NCBI RefSeq assembly: GCF_006345805.1
Contig: NC_043003.1
Location: forward strand, 50,406,001-50,470,000
Origin: Octopus sinensis
Taxonomy: Eukaryota
Length of the DNA: 64,000 nt
Direction of reading: 5' to 3'
Shown piece after piece: positions 1-13,199 of the stretch. A model generated the notes under the pieces. It worked only from the letters and a program-made list of their open reading frames with translations, had not been told where the DNA came from and searched no databases. The position numbers and the translations under genes were made by a program. Each line of letters begins with the position of its first letter. Positions within the stretch are counted from its first letter, which is position 1.

Positions 1-1524
1 ATCTGGCTTTACGTCTACGTAGGGCTCTTTCGTTGACTTGCAATTTCAAAGCAGTTGAAGTAAAAGTTGTTATATATATCTTCAGGGTTAGTTTCTATAT
101 AAAAATTGTTGTTATCCTTAGAGCAATATTGACATTAAGGTTATTAGCTCTGTCCTAAAAACGACATTATTGGTTGTAAGTGCAGGCACTATAAATCAAA
201 ATAGCAGCTAAACTGACGGCTAGTTGAATTAGAACAGACAGTAGGTCTTAAATATGGCACTTCGCTTGTCTATTTTGCTTGCGACTGTTACATTTGATCA
301 TTCAAAAAGGTTATCTATTGCAAGCTTTAACACCAAGTTTAAACATTAAATTGGTGTTCTTATCTTTTAATTCTTGATCAAGTTTCTCGACAGTTGAGTA
401 TAAAAAATGTCAAAATCGTTACTTCCATACATTTTTCTCTGTCTATCGTTCTTCTTTTCGAAAATTAATTCCAAGAAAACCGCGTCTGGTTCAAGATATA
501 GCATAATATATCTACCAATTCAACAACGACCTTGTATATTTAACGATAAGGTCACAGATGCTCTTTCCATACATATCATTTCCTTTTCACGACAGCCTGA
601 CAATCTGACACAATATTTGAAAAATTACAGCAAATTTCCCAAAATCTTAAAAGTAATTTTTCCACAAACGTCGTCAGAATAGATTTACTACTGATGACTT
701 ATGTAATTCCTACGATTCCACCATTATTTCAAAGAGATACTCATCATAGAGAATGGATAAGTAACCTAATCTGTTGTATTCTTGATATCTACTGGCAATA
801 TCTTACTATTTGACTAGCGGCGAAGATTTTCAATTTTTAAATTGCATTTTAAATAGTTTTGTCATTAATCAGAAATCATATGTGGTTAAATTACTAATTA
901 ATTTATTTAGGTCTCAAGTATAGTTTGATATTCTGACATTATGCAGATAGATATGTTGTAAAGATATATCAGTTTCTTGTAACCATTTCAATTTCTGAGC
1001 CATATTTTTTTAGTTATCTTTATGGCTTGTGCCTATCGCTGAGCTCTTGTTAATTGCTTCCTGATACTGCAATTCTTTACAATTACGCAGTTTTCATGAT
1101 GTATGATAATGCTTCTTTTAGATATCACACACACACAAAAAAGAGAAAAATACGAATTAACGCTACTGCTGTCACCACTCCCTCCCAAAAGTTAAGTTTG
1201 TTTTATTGGTGATATGCTTTATTTTATTTTTTTTCATTACTCGGTATGACATTATCAATACAAAATTGAATGATTGATAAAAAGAAATAATGTTGAATGC
1301 AAAACAAGATAAAGACACAGCGAAAGAGATACGGAGTGAAAACGATGAAAGATCAAAATGAACAGAATGGAGCAATTACTTAAATACTTTTTTTTAAACA
1401 TTAACAGAAATTGAATTGTAATTCAACACAAGTTTTGGTGATAAGCTAAGCTGTTTTAAAATTTATCTCTCGTCAGTCTAGGCTTCAACAGAGAGAAAAT
1501 ACTTAAAGTTTCAGTGTACCAATG

Positions 1525-1530
1525 AATATA

Positions 1531-1600
<70 letters not shown>

Positions 1601-1635
1601 ATATATACACATACATATATATATATACATATATA

Positions 1636-1666
<31 letters not shown>

Positions 1667-1724
1667 ATATACATATATGTACATATATATACATACATAT
1701 ATGCATATGCGTACATGCATATAC

Positions 1725-1756
<32 letters not shown>

Positions 1757-1800
1757 GTACATAATATATATTAATATATAGGTATATACATATATATGTA
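1525..1800. repeat. (TA)n-rich compound microsatellite, representative of dozens in the window
   Basis: Direct reading. Similar tracts at 8420-8770, 20250-20400, 20960-21460, 38390-38650, 43780-44310, 45440-45690 and 60860-61140. Confidence 0.98.
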
Positions 1801-2681
1801 TAGGGAGAGAGAGAGGGGGAGAGGGAGAGAGAGAGGGTTAAGAGAGATACGCACACACATATAAACTTTATGATCTTGCTGATATGATAAAATTCCCAAC
1901 TGCACAGGGCAAGTAGGTACTTTTTCAGTTTTAAAAGTTATTCGGTTCTCACCAGAATTAGTTTAAAACAAACTAGAGAGATCCGTGAATATTTCACGGA
2001 ACTAATAGTAAATCTATTGGGTTATTTTCGAAAACTTTATCCAAAAAGCTTCAAAGCATAGACTGTGTTGTGTCTGTATCACTCATCTGTTATTCATTGA
2101 AAAGTGAAGGAAATTGGAATGTGAAGATTACTTGATGCACTTTATATATATAATTTATTTATGCACAATTTTATTGACTCAATACACAAGACTCATAAAA
2201 TAAATGTTCACTCTTTTTTTTTTTTTTTCCACATAAACAGAAAAAAATTACATTTAAAATTTTTTATGCAACATGGAATTCTTTGAAAACCACATCGTTG
2301 GTAACTTATAAGCCAAGGTGATGGGTTAGAGACAATACACATTTCAATTTGCTTACACCTTTCAATCCAATACTTCTTCGTGTAAGCTCTCCCTCTTTTT
2401 TTCCTTTGTTTGTCAGTGTTGATAACTTTAACTCTCACATCAGATAATTAGCGAGCCCTTGAGAATGCAACATATAGCTGACCATGGCCGAATACAGGGT
2501 CAGGCAGGAACAGCCCCACTTTATCAAATGTCTGCCCTTGTAATTCATCGACAGTCATATGACAGGTGAACGGGAAACTGGTTTCTTTCTAAAGGGAATG
2601 GCAAGTCTGGGATGTGCCTTCGTTAAGTGATAGGTGATATAAAAAGCTTACTTCAATTTTTTTAAAAATTGCTTTTAATTA

Positions 2682-3923
2682 TTGGGTTGGCAACTAATTT
2701 CCCACTGTTTTTTTCTTTAAATTTTGAAATTTATTGTGTTTTTAAATTTTGGAATCTATTTTTTCCTAGTTAATTTTAGTTAATTTTCGTTAATTTTCAG
2801 ATCATTAAAATGGAATGTCAAGTTAAGAAAAACGAGCTTTTCGACACCTCCTTTTTACTTTTAATCAAGGTTCTAAGACCGCAAAAGCTGCTTGCGATAT
2901 TTGTACTGTGTATGGAGAGGGTGCCATAGCTGAAAGAACCGCTCGTGATTGATATGCCAAGTTCAAAAATGGAAATTTTGACCTCAAAGACACACTTCTG
3001 GCCGTCCCGTTGAGTTCGATGAAGAGTGATTAAACCAACTTTTGCACGAAAATTCTCGTCAAACGACAAGGGAACTGGCAGAGAAAATGGAATGCTTCCA
3101 CACTGCTATAGAGAAGCATCTTCACTCGATGGGAAAGGTTCAGAAGTATGGACATGAGTTCCGCATGCTTTAAGTGACAACAACAAAAATCAACGAGCCA
3201 CAATCTCCGCTGGTTTGCTTGCTCGTCACCGCTCAACTCATGGACACAAGCAGCGATTTCTTTACCAAATCGTTACTGGCGACGAAAAATGGTGCCTGTA
3301 CATCAATATGAAGCAGCGCAAGGAACGGCTTAGCCCCGGTAAACAAGCGGTACCGTGCGTGAAACAAGATCTTCATCCACGTTAATTTATTGTTGTGCGT
3401 ATGGTGGGACTGGGAAGAAATTATCCGTTATGAATTGCTTGAATGGAACCAAACGGTCAACGCGGAACTTTATGTTCAACAGATGGAACGACTCAACACG
3501 GCTATTGAAGAGAAAAGACCTAATTGTCAGCATGGAATTCTGCTGCACGACAACGCCCGTCCTCATATCGCCAATATAACCAAGGAAGCCATTCAAACGC
3601 ATGGCTGGGAAGTGCTGCCACACCCACTGTACTTCCCTGATTTGGCACCAACGGATTTCTACCTCTTTCGATCTCTTTCAAATGCTATGCGCGGAGTTTT
3701 GTTCAATACTGATGCAGAATTGAGAGCTTGGTTGGATCAATTTTTCGAGTCGAAATCGGGTGATTTCTACCAACGAGGTATTGAAAATCTTGTTGAACCT
3801 TGAGAAGAAGTTGTAAACAACAAGGGTGAATATATTATTGAATTATTAGTGATTATTTTTTTTATTAAACCTTTAAAAAAATTAAAATTTTAAAAAACGG
3901 CGTGAACTTAGTTTCCAAACCAA
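2682..3923 (+). mobile_element. Full-length degenerate mariner (DD34D) transposon
   Basis: TIR ttgggttggcaactaa at 2682, after TA, matches ttagtttccaaaccaa ending at 3923. The transposase runs from ATG 2810 to about 3845 with *VPHAL, IVTGDEKW, LLHDNARPH and HPLYFPDLAPTDFYLF motifs, plus stops and frameshifts. Confidence 0.95.
2810..3845 (+). pseudogene. Mariner transposase pseudogene
   Basis: ORF 3390-3803 carries HDNARPH and YFPDLAPTD. Upstream pieces lie in other frames with in-frame stops. Confidence 0.92.
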
Positions 3924-4067
3924 CATATATTTTATGATATTTTCGGTGAAATTATGTAGGAACTGTCATGTGGATTGTCTTTTATTTCAAATAGTCATTT
4001 ACACAGCGTCCTTCTCTTTCTGGCTGAAAATGTGTTTGAGCGTCTTCATTTGTATGTCTCCAATATA

Positions 4068-4257
4068 CAAGAGGGTGCTGAAAAATACCTGGCTTTGGTT
4101 AAAAGAAAATATTGGAGGATCAGTTAATTATGATTTTATTCAGCATGTATCCCTCTCAGATTAACACGCTTATTGCAGCGGTCCTTCAGTTTTTCTAAAC
4201 CCTGTTAAAGAATTCAGAAGATTGGGCCGCCAACTGGGCCTTTTTCAGCACACCTCG
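4068..4257 (-). mobile_element. Internally deleted mariner (MITE-like, 190 bp)
   Basis: TA-flanked TIRs caagagggtgctgaaaa / ttttcagcacacctcg. The minus strand retains a mariner C-terminal remnant (NKRVNLRGIHAE*). Confidence 0.75.
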
Positions 4258-4282
4258 TATTTTATGTGAATATATATATGGA

Positions 4283-4605
4283 AGTGTATATATTCTTTTA
4301 TTCTTTTACTTGTTCCGGTCAGTTGACACTGCAGCCATGCAATAGCACTGCCTTGAAGGGTTTTAGTCGAGCAAATCGACACCGGGACTTATTCTATAGG
4401 TCCCTTTTACCGAACCGCTAGGTTACGGAGATGCAAACACACCAACACCGGTTGTCAAGCGGTGATGGGGCGGAGACAAACACTGACACAAAGATACACG
4501 CAAACACACACACACACACACAGAACCACAAACACACACATACGACGGGCTTTTTACAATTCCCGTCTACCAAATCCACTCACAACGCTGATCGGCCCAA
4601 GTGGG
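4283..4605 (-). mobile_element. SINE family A copy, head-truncated
   Basis: Matches the body and tail of the full-length copies at 45968-46386 and 48030-48428. Confidence 0.85.
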
Positions 4606-4640
4606 ATTATAATTAGGGTTCAGCAATATTATAGAATTTT

Positions 4641-4674
<34 letters not shown>

Positions 4675-4821
4675 AAACTTATATAATATTGCTGAACCCT
4701 AATTATAATTATGCTCATAATTATAGAATTTTTGTAAAAGTTTACCGATAAAGGTTCTTTTGGTAAAACTATTAATTATTAATTGATTAATTAATTTTAC
4801 CTTTTATTATTATTATTATTA

Positions 4822-4894
<73 letters not shown>

Positions 4895-4946
4895 TTATTA
4901 TTATTATTTTATTATTATTATTATTATATTATTATTACATATATAT

Positions 4947-4985
<39 letters not shown>

Positions 4986-5304
4986 ATCTCTATGAGCGTC
5001 TTTATATGTTTATGGACGAAATATATATATTTGTATGCATATGTATACGATGCGTGAGCCTAACTTTGCATGTGTATTCATATTTCATTGTGTATATTGG
5101 AAAAATATAAAGTATTGTTCCCCTCCCAAATAAAAAAAACCAAAAACAAAAAGAACGTAAGCGAAAAACTCGTACTTTGAAATAAAAATACTCCATGTAT
5201 GTATTTGTTCATATTTATCTTTCTAATGATAAGAGGTAAATTCTAGATTATCTCAGGCTTGTCAAGAATATCTAAGACTGATATTCAAAAACGACTGAAT
5301 TTAC

Positions 5305-5513
5305 TTTTCAAATGATATATTTGTTTGCCAGAATTCAATATTAGACAAATTTGGTACAAGCCAGGTGGAGGTAATTTGGGTCTCAGCTGACAATAATCTG
5401 AAATATTCTCCAGCATTATTGCTTTCACCAGCAGTAATATTGTAATTCCAAACACCAGAAACGGTGTAGCCATCCCCACCGCTACCAGTATCTATATTTA
5501 TTCGTTCCCTCAT
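5305..5513 (-). CDS. Candidate isolated coding exon (unassigned, glycoprotein-like)
   Basis: Non-repetitive open frame MRERINIDTGSGGDGYTVSGVWNYNITAGESNNAGEYFRLLSAETQITSTWLVPNLSNIEFWQTNISFE. AG sits directly upstream and GTAAAT downstream. Three N-X-S/T sequons. No family recognised. Confidence 0.25.
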
Positions 5514-5732
5514 CTTATATTAAATAATAAGCAGGTATCTTTTCTACGAAGATTCTACTTCTTATATGGTCTCTAACACAATTTCTAACTCTCTCTCATA
5601 TGTGTGAGTATATGTATGTATGTATGTATGTATGCATGTATGTATGTATGTGTGTGTGTATGTGTGTATGTGTGTATATGTGTATGCATGCATGTATGTA
5701 TGTATGTATGTATGTATGTATGTATATATATA

Positions 5733-6054
5733 TAGGCTCAGGAGTGGGTGTGTGGTAAGCAGCATGCTTAACAACCACATGGTTCCGGGTTCATTCCCAC
5801 TGCGTGGCATCTTGAACATGTGTCTTCTACTATAGCCTCGAGCTGACCAAAGCCTTGTGAGTGGATTTGGTAGACGGAAACTGAAAGAAGCCTGTCGTAT
5901 ATATGTATATGTATAAATATATGTGTGTGTTTGTCCCCCCCAACATCACTTGACAACGCATGCTGGTATGTTTACGTCCCCGTAAGGTAGCGGTTCGGCA
6001 AAAGAGACCGATAGAATAAGTACTAGGCTTACAAAGAATAAGTCCTGGAGTCGA
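5733..6054 (+). mobile_element. SINE family A (tRNA-derived, octopus OK-like), 3' truncated
   Basis: tRNA-like head caggagtgggtgtgtggtaag...ggttccgggttcattccc, internal (TA/TG)n and conserved body. Confidence 0.9.
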
Positions 6055-6068
6055 TATATATATATATA

Positions 6069-6312
6069 TCTTTACTCTTTTACTCTTTTACTTGTTTCAG
6101 TCATTTGACTGCGTCCATGCTGGAGCATCGCCTTTAGTCGAGCAAATCGACTCCAGGACTTATTCTTTGTAAGCCTAGTACTTATTCTATCGGTCTCTTT
6201 TGACGAACCGCGAGCTTACGGGGTCGTAAACATACCAGCATCGGTTGTCAAGCGATGTTGGGGGACAAACACAGACACACAAACACACACACACCAAAAC
6301 ACCACCACACAC

Positions 6313-6375
<63 letters not shown>

Positions 6376-6548
6376 TATACATATACGACGGGCTTCTTTC
6401 AGTTTCCGTCTACCAAATTCACTCACAAGGCATTGGTCGGCCCGGAGCTATAGCAGAAGACACTTGTCCAAGATGCCATGCAGTGGGACTGAACCCGGAA
6501 CCATGTGGTTGGTTAGCAAGCTACTTACCACACAGCTACTTCTGCGCC
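6069..6548 (-). mobile_element. SINE family A, full length
   Basis: Reverse complement of the family consensus from the head to the (aaagagt)n tail. Confidence 0.92.
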
Positions 6549-6688
6549 TAGATATATATATATTCTTATTGAAACTTGAACTGAGAATTCGTCACGTTAC
6601 TCGAAATTTATGCCACTGTGATCTTCCGGCAAAAAGATACAGCGTTTGCTAACTGTATGTTTCTGCGACACCGCCTTATGCTCTTCTA

Positions 6689-6740
<52 letters not shown>

Positions 6741-7208
6741 GGGGGAGAAAGAGATAGGGAGGGATAGAGAGTCAAATTTTGCGTCGAGTCCAAAGCGAGC
6801 CATGCGCAGCGATTCCCCTTACTGCAATCAATTTGACAACGGCACTGATCTTTCCTAGTATAAACCCTTCTACAATCAGAACCCTTACACTATGTTACCA
6901 ATTTCGCAGTAACAGTCTATCGTTACATAGCTATAGCTCGGACATTTCACTTGCACATCTATAACTATCAAGTCTCGGTCCAATATCAAATTTAAACCAA
7001 TATCGTAACTACGTAACTTTTTACAGACATTTTTGTTAAACAAACTTCCAGTTAAATTGGATGTCAGCGCTGAAACCTTACACTACATCAATTAGAATGC
7101 CTACTTACCGTCTAGGCAATCCATTCTAATCTCTCCTAATCAGCTTCGAACTTAGTACTAAACTCATTAAACTCAAATATTCTACCTTTAATATTTCCGA
7201 GAAATACA

Positions 7209-7610
7209 AGGCTGCGAACTAGCAAAATCGTTAGCACGCTAAACAATTATACTTAGAGGCATTTCGTTCGTCTTTACGTTTTAAGTGCAAATACCGCGGA
7301 GGTCAACTTTGCCTTTCACCCTTTCGGGAACACTGGGTCGATGTAATCGTCTCTTTACCCCCTCACCCCCACACATCCACCCTGAAATTGCTGGCCTTAT
7401 GTCAAAATTTAAAGTCAATATTGTTAGCAGTCCGTGCAAAATACTTAGCAGCATTTCGCCTGGCTTTACATTCTGAGTTCAAATTCAACTGAAATCCTCT
7501 TTGCTTTTCATACCTTTGGGTTCGATAAAATATCAGTTGAACGCTGGAGTCGATTTAATTGACTAAACTCTCCCCTAAAATTGCTGACTTTGTGCCAAAA
7601 TTTTAAACAA
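7209..7610 (+). mobile_element. Two tandem SINE family B copies (octopus OR-like)
   Basis: Head ggctgcgaactagcaaaatcgttagcacgc, body gaggtcaactttgcctttca and tail aaattgctggccttgtgcc. The second copy is 5' truncated. Confidence 0.8.
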
Positions 7611-8423
7611 AAATTTTACAGAAACACGCCATGCCAACTCTTGAACCTTATTCCCTACCTTGCAGAATCATAGTCTAAGGATTTCGTATATCCACCTTGA
7701 AACAAAGGAAGAGAATTTGGCATCATAGATAATGACTACAGTAAATTATGCTTAAACGTTTTAGCAATACTCGCTGTACGAGGTCATCTACATCACACTT
7801 AGTGACTTTGAAAATATAAGTGCGAACGGATATTTGATCATCCAACAGAGCGAATGTATGTAACCGCAGAGAAATCTAAAATAAAATTTAACAAAATATT
7901 AATACCACATTACTAAGACATTCAAACCAGGGCCGAAGTTAAAGGTTAGATCCATAGTCTCCCAAGTATAGATACACCATTTTTTTCAAAATATCCTGGC
8001 TTATGTCCCAAACTCTTAAACCAGTTCTCCATACATTTTCCGGACACATTAACAGCTCAGATATATCAACCTAACCAGGAAACAATACTCTTCGCTGAGA
8101 TACCGTTTCTCTTTACACCAGTGTCTGCCAACAGTGTGCCGCGAGAGAATCCTGCAGTACTGCGAAAAATATTTTCGGGATTGTCAGGAAGTAACGATCC
8201 AAAAACATTCGCAAAGTTCGAGAGTAAATATAAATTAATTATATAATCTTATCTTTGCGAATTAGACATCTCCGCGCTTATGGTAATGAAGTAAAAAAAA
8301 CGGGAACGATTACAGATGTTAAATGAAGAGTTACGTATTTATTCATCTAATTTAGAGCCACGTTTTGATAAAATTCTTTCTCAAAATCAATTGTATCCTT
8401 CTCACTAAAAACATTATTGTAGT

Positions 8424-8499
<76 letters not shown>

Positions 8500-8593
8500 T
8501 ATATATATATATATTATATATATATATATTTATATATATATTATATATATATATATATATACATATATATATACACACATACATATATATGTG

Positions 8594-8644
<51 letters not shown>

Positions 8645-9099
8645 ATATATATATGTATATATATACACAATATATATATATATATACAATACAATATAAA
8701 TAATATATAAATATATACATATATACATACATATATGTACATACCTACATCTATATGTATATACACATGCATATATGGGTACATGACATCAAAAAAATGT
8801 TGAACACAATGAGAAACGAAAACATAAAAACAAAAACATGGAAACGAACTTTTTTTTCAAACAACGAAAAACAGAGTACAAGACATACAACACAAGGAAT
8901 ATTCCCTTCTTCAGTTGTCCCTGTTTCGTCTACTCCGCGTGTATATATATATATATATATAGTATATGTTCATAAAACAATGCTATTTTATTGTTACTAT
9001 AATAAGAATTTATTTTTATTCATACTAATAAAGTATATTCATTTTTGTTGGGATTTATATTTGGTGTGCCGCAAAACAATTTCTACTCGTCCAGTGTGT

Positions 9100-10000
9100 C
9101 GTAAGGTAAAAAAAAGTTTGGCACACACTGCTTTACACCATTGTACCACTGTTCCCTCCGTCAACACTATGACATAGCTGATCGTTTCTTGCAATCGCCA
9201 CTCTCTTGGCCTTACACCATCAGAAATCCACTGACTCTTGGTTACTACTGTGATGGGAGCCTATTTCTATTTTCAGGATTACCTTTATAAAATGACATCG
9301 TGATTTGATGTGACATATATCGAGCTTTCCAGATATTAAAGCAGTTAGAGAGCAATTCCCTTCACATGCACTTTATTATCCAGATACCTATATATCATCA
9401 TGTTACTTCTTATCGTTTGGAAGCAATCAACATACACGACATGTTTAGCATCATTAATGACCACACTAGCTTCCAAATAGAATACACCAACAGCACCAGA
9501 TATTTTTCCATCTCAAGTTCCAAAATCAGAGAGTAGGGATCCATTTATGTCAGCCATAACTGCAAATCTGAATTACAGATCAGCCTTAATAACTACAGGC
9601 AAGACCATCCAGTAAGGAATGAAATCAACAGGAACAGCGGGATAAAGAAGAACTGAAAATTCTAAGCTATACCAAAAGATGTCATAGGATAACTACTACC
9701 CACGATTCTTCATCTGACATCGAACTGGTGGTAAAGTTCGTAAAATTCCCACCGACAGCGACAAACTTAGAGACTAAAATATAGAAACACTGTTTCAATC
9801 TGTCGATAGATCCATAACGAAGAACTAAACTAAACATATCACTTTCTAAGCAATTCCTAAGAATATATCTGTCTGAAAATAGGCCTACACACGGGAGCTA
9901 TCCATGAACTCTAGCCAACTGCGTTATCAACCGTTAGACATTGGGAGTCTAGGAATCTACAAAACAAGATCAAATAAATATTGTGGGCGTTATAACAGAG
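9100..10000 (+). pseudogene. Possible very old non-LTR reverse transcriptase remnant
   Basis: One plus-strand frame reads FLQSPLSWPYTIRNPLTLGYY...LPL*NDIVI, resembling QGDxLSPxxF...NPL...GY...YxDD. Later pieces are IEYTNSTRYFSI (YLG-like), KSEL and YQPLDIGSLGI (GGLG-like). Motif spacing is imperfect. Confidence 0.3.
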
Positions 10001-10640
10001 GCAACTTTTGTAAAATGCACATCCATGTTGTGAAAAACACATTTACAAATGCTTCTGATGTTAAAAATTAAATCTGGAAAAGTTTTCAATTATCGCAACC
10101 CTCCTCACTCACATCTGTCCATGGTTCTTTTGATAAAGGACATCAAAACCAAAATATTGAAATATACGATAAAACCGTTTTTTTCTTCCTTTTCTTTCAT
10201 TCCTTTGTGTCCAGTTTGCATTGAAATAATGTTTTTAACTCAATTTCACTTTTGTTCACAATACTGCTTATAAACTTAGTATACTTTTCTTTAAATTAAA
10301 ATAATTTGTTTTTTAATTTTTTTTCCTGTTCGAATTTCTGTGTCTCACTTCGCTGAGAGATTTCCTCTCAAACAGATTACTTTAATTAAAAGGTTCTTTT
10401 CAATTCACACAGCATTCAAAATAATAAACCATTGTAATATTGTTTTAATTTTCTCTCTTTGAATAATGCTCCATTAAAATATGTTAGTTTTTCTATTACG
10501 TTTCATTGCTTTGTATAATCAAAGATAGTCAAAAAGCAACCGGTTATTATGAACTAACATATAATCTAACACAAACTCTATATACTGTAATAGAGTTTAA
10601 AGTGTATATCTTTAAAGTATTTAAGTATTACTCGATATTA

Positions 10641-10850
10641 AGGTGGCAAGCTAGCAGAATCGTTACTGCGCCAGACAAAATGCCCAGGCGGCATTTCTTC
10701 CGATTTTACGTTGTGAGTTCAAATACAACCGGGGTCAAATTTGCATTCCCAGGTCGATTAAAATAAGTATCAGTTAATTACTGGGGTCGATGAAACCTTC
10801 TTATCCCCTTTCTCGAGATTGCTGGCCTTCTACCAAAATCTAAAACCAAT
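10641..10850 (+). mobile_element. SINE family B
   Basis: aggtggcaagctagcagaatcgttac...ctggggtcgatg...ttgctggcctt. Confidence 0.8.
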
Positions 10851-11569
10851 ATAATTCGATATGTTTTTAATTTTTTTTTGTGAAATGTGCTATTTTCTTG
10901 AGTTTTTTAACTAAGTTTTTTCTCTCCCTTACTTAACCTGTCTGTACCGTTTTTACGTGATTATTTGAAGGGAAAGGCAAAGGGCGAAAGAAAAGGAGAA
11001 AGAAAAAGAGGGTAAGGCGAAGAGTGAGAGAGAAAGAGCGAGAATGTGTATTAAGTCTATAAAATTCAGCATAAATTATATAAAGTCTATATATAAAGTG
11101 CATTAAGTAATCATCGTATTCAAATTTCCTCCACTTTTCAATGATTAGCAGATGAGCGACAATCTATTGATACAGACACAACACAGGCTACACTTCCAGT
11201 TTTTTTTGGATAAGGTTATTAGAAGAAAAAAATCCAATGAGTTTACCATTAATTCCGTGAAATAATCACGCGTCCCGCTAGTAAAATAATAACTGCTTAT
11301 TTCCTTTCACCCCCAAAACACACACACACGCGAATACGCACACACCCTTACACACACACATGCACGCAGTGACACGCGCTTATCAATTTTACAAAGTACT
11401 CATTGAATAGTGTAATCTGGGTTACAAGATGTATTAAATGAAAGGCGGAGTGTTCATGATTGAAATGCATCTCTTCACAAATTTACTAACCAAGATTGAT
11501 TTCTAATAACTTCCTTAACTTTATAAATAAATGCATGAAATCTTGATGCAATATAAAGGACATAATGGA

Positions 11570-12105
11570 AATTAATATGCACAAGTCAAATTTTTCAACA
11601 CCACTACATCACATATCAAAAAAATTACATCGCTTAAATGACGGCCATTTTCGGCTTCGCACGCCCGTGCTCTTTCCAAAACTTGCACCATAACACCCTC
11701 AAGAGTTTCAGACCCCGATACTCTGATTTCTTTATTGATGTTCTCAGTTGCACCAGGGTTTGCGGTTTGTTGATGTAAACCCTCTCTTTCAGGTATCCCC
11801 ACAAGAAAATATCCAGGCAAGTCAAGTCTGGGGAATGTGAAGGTCAGTTGACATTGCCGTAGCGGAAGTTTATTCTCTCCTCAAAGCGGTTGCCCGATCT
11901 TGCTGGAACAATGTGAGAAGTCTACTTTGAATGACCGGGCGCAAAAAGGTCTCAATCATGGTTCTGTACCGTTCTCCAGTCACTGTTACGGCAATTCCGT
12001 TATCGTCATCAAAGAAATAAAGGCTGATAAAATTCATCTGCTGTCAATCCACACCATACCATGCACCTTACAGGGTGCATCTCTCGTTGGTGTACTGTTC
12101 TCGGG
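11570..12105 (-). mobile_element. Tc1/mariner-superfamily transposase fragment, probably DD41D (rosa/Visitor-like)
   Basis: Minus-strand pieces MVWCGLT, FQQDRATA, (W)PSHSPDLTCLDIFLWGYLKERVY. There is an internal deletion, and the 5' side is cut off by the SINE at 12110. Confidence 0.75.
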
Positions 12106-12109
12106 ATCC

Positions 12110-12356
12110 CAGAACGGAAACTGAAAGAAGCCCGTCGTTTATATATATATATTTGTGTGTGTTTGTGTGCCTGTGTTTGTCCCCCGAACATCACTTGACA
12201 ACCGATGCTGGTGTGTTTGCGCCAAAACAGACCGATAGAATAAGTACTAGACTTACAAAGAATAAGACCTGGGGTGGATTTGCTCAACTAAAGGCGGTGC
12301 TCTAGCATGGCCGCAGTCAAATGACTGAAACAAGTAAGAGTAAAAGAGTAAAGAGT
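12110..12356 (+). mobile_element. SINE family A, 5' truncated
   Basis: acggaaactgaaagaagcccgtcg through the aagagtaaaagag tail. Confidence 0.9.
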
Positions 12357-13199
12357 TTATTTTTGATAATTATGCGGAAACAAAGTCAGCGGGTTCACTG
12401 GTGTAGTTATACTTCAACTGTTATATAATTCATTGGTTTTAGCTCACTATATTGTTTCCATTATTTCCATCGACACTTGACTATATATTTTTTAAGCAGA
12501 AGGGACTCCTGGTAAATTTTTCATTGGAGTTGATTGTCTGGTGATGAGCAATGAATAATAAAAACAAAGATTTTTTGTTGTTTTATTCCTTTTTGTGAAT
12601 CCAGTTGATTTTCAAACGAGGAGTTGTGTGAATGTCGGTGCATGTGAGCGTGAGTAGAGGTGTGAGTAGGCTGAGAAAAGGAGGTGTTAATGTTGTTATT
12701 TCCTTCTTGTAAAAACATGTAAATCAGACGTTCGGCGCGTGGACTTCAATTAATTCACCGTTTCTAGTACTGTTGATGTAAATGTCCTAGATGTAAAGAA
12801 ATTTCGGTGATTTTTGTAGTATTTTGCTTCATTATTGTTTTTCCACGTTATTATTACAATTTTGAGCAATCTGTTTGTCTGTCCGTCTATTTGGGTACAT
12901 GCGCACGTGTGTTTTCGTATATAGACATTAGGCATTTATGTATATAGCTTTGAATGGCTGTATACAAGCGAACCACACATAAACACACACACACACAAGC
13001 ACACATACATACACACACGTATTATACATTAGTGAATGAAATTCTGACTTAGTCTAATTTTCATGTTCAATCTTCGTATTTTTTACAGCTTGAAAATTAT
13101 ATGTCACAAGTATTTTCATGCTTTCCACAATAATAGTAACAATAATCATAATAAATAGGACAACTACTACTATATGATAGTAGATGTACAACTACGACT

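Noticed and set aside
6245-6652. Recurring peptides such as YDGLLSVSVYQIHSQG and MPRSGTEPGTMWLV that look like a gene family
   Set aside because: They are open frames of the SINE-A consensus, repeated in every copy.
7950-8246. About 99-codon open frame on the plus strand without a start codon
   Set aside because: No recognisable motif, and a few such frames are expected by chance in this much sequence.
8915-8945. Hammerhead from GAAAC and CTGAAGA on the minus strand
   Set aside because: The motifs are only 8 nt apart, too close to form stems III and I.
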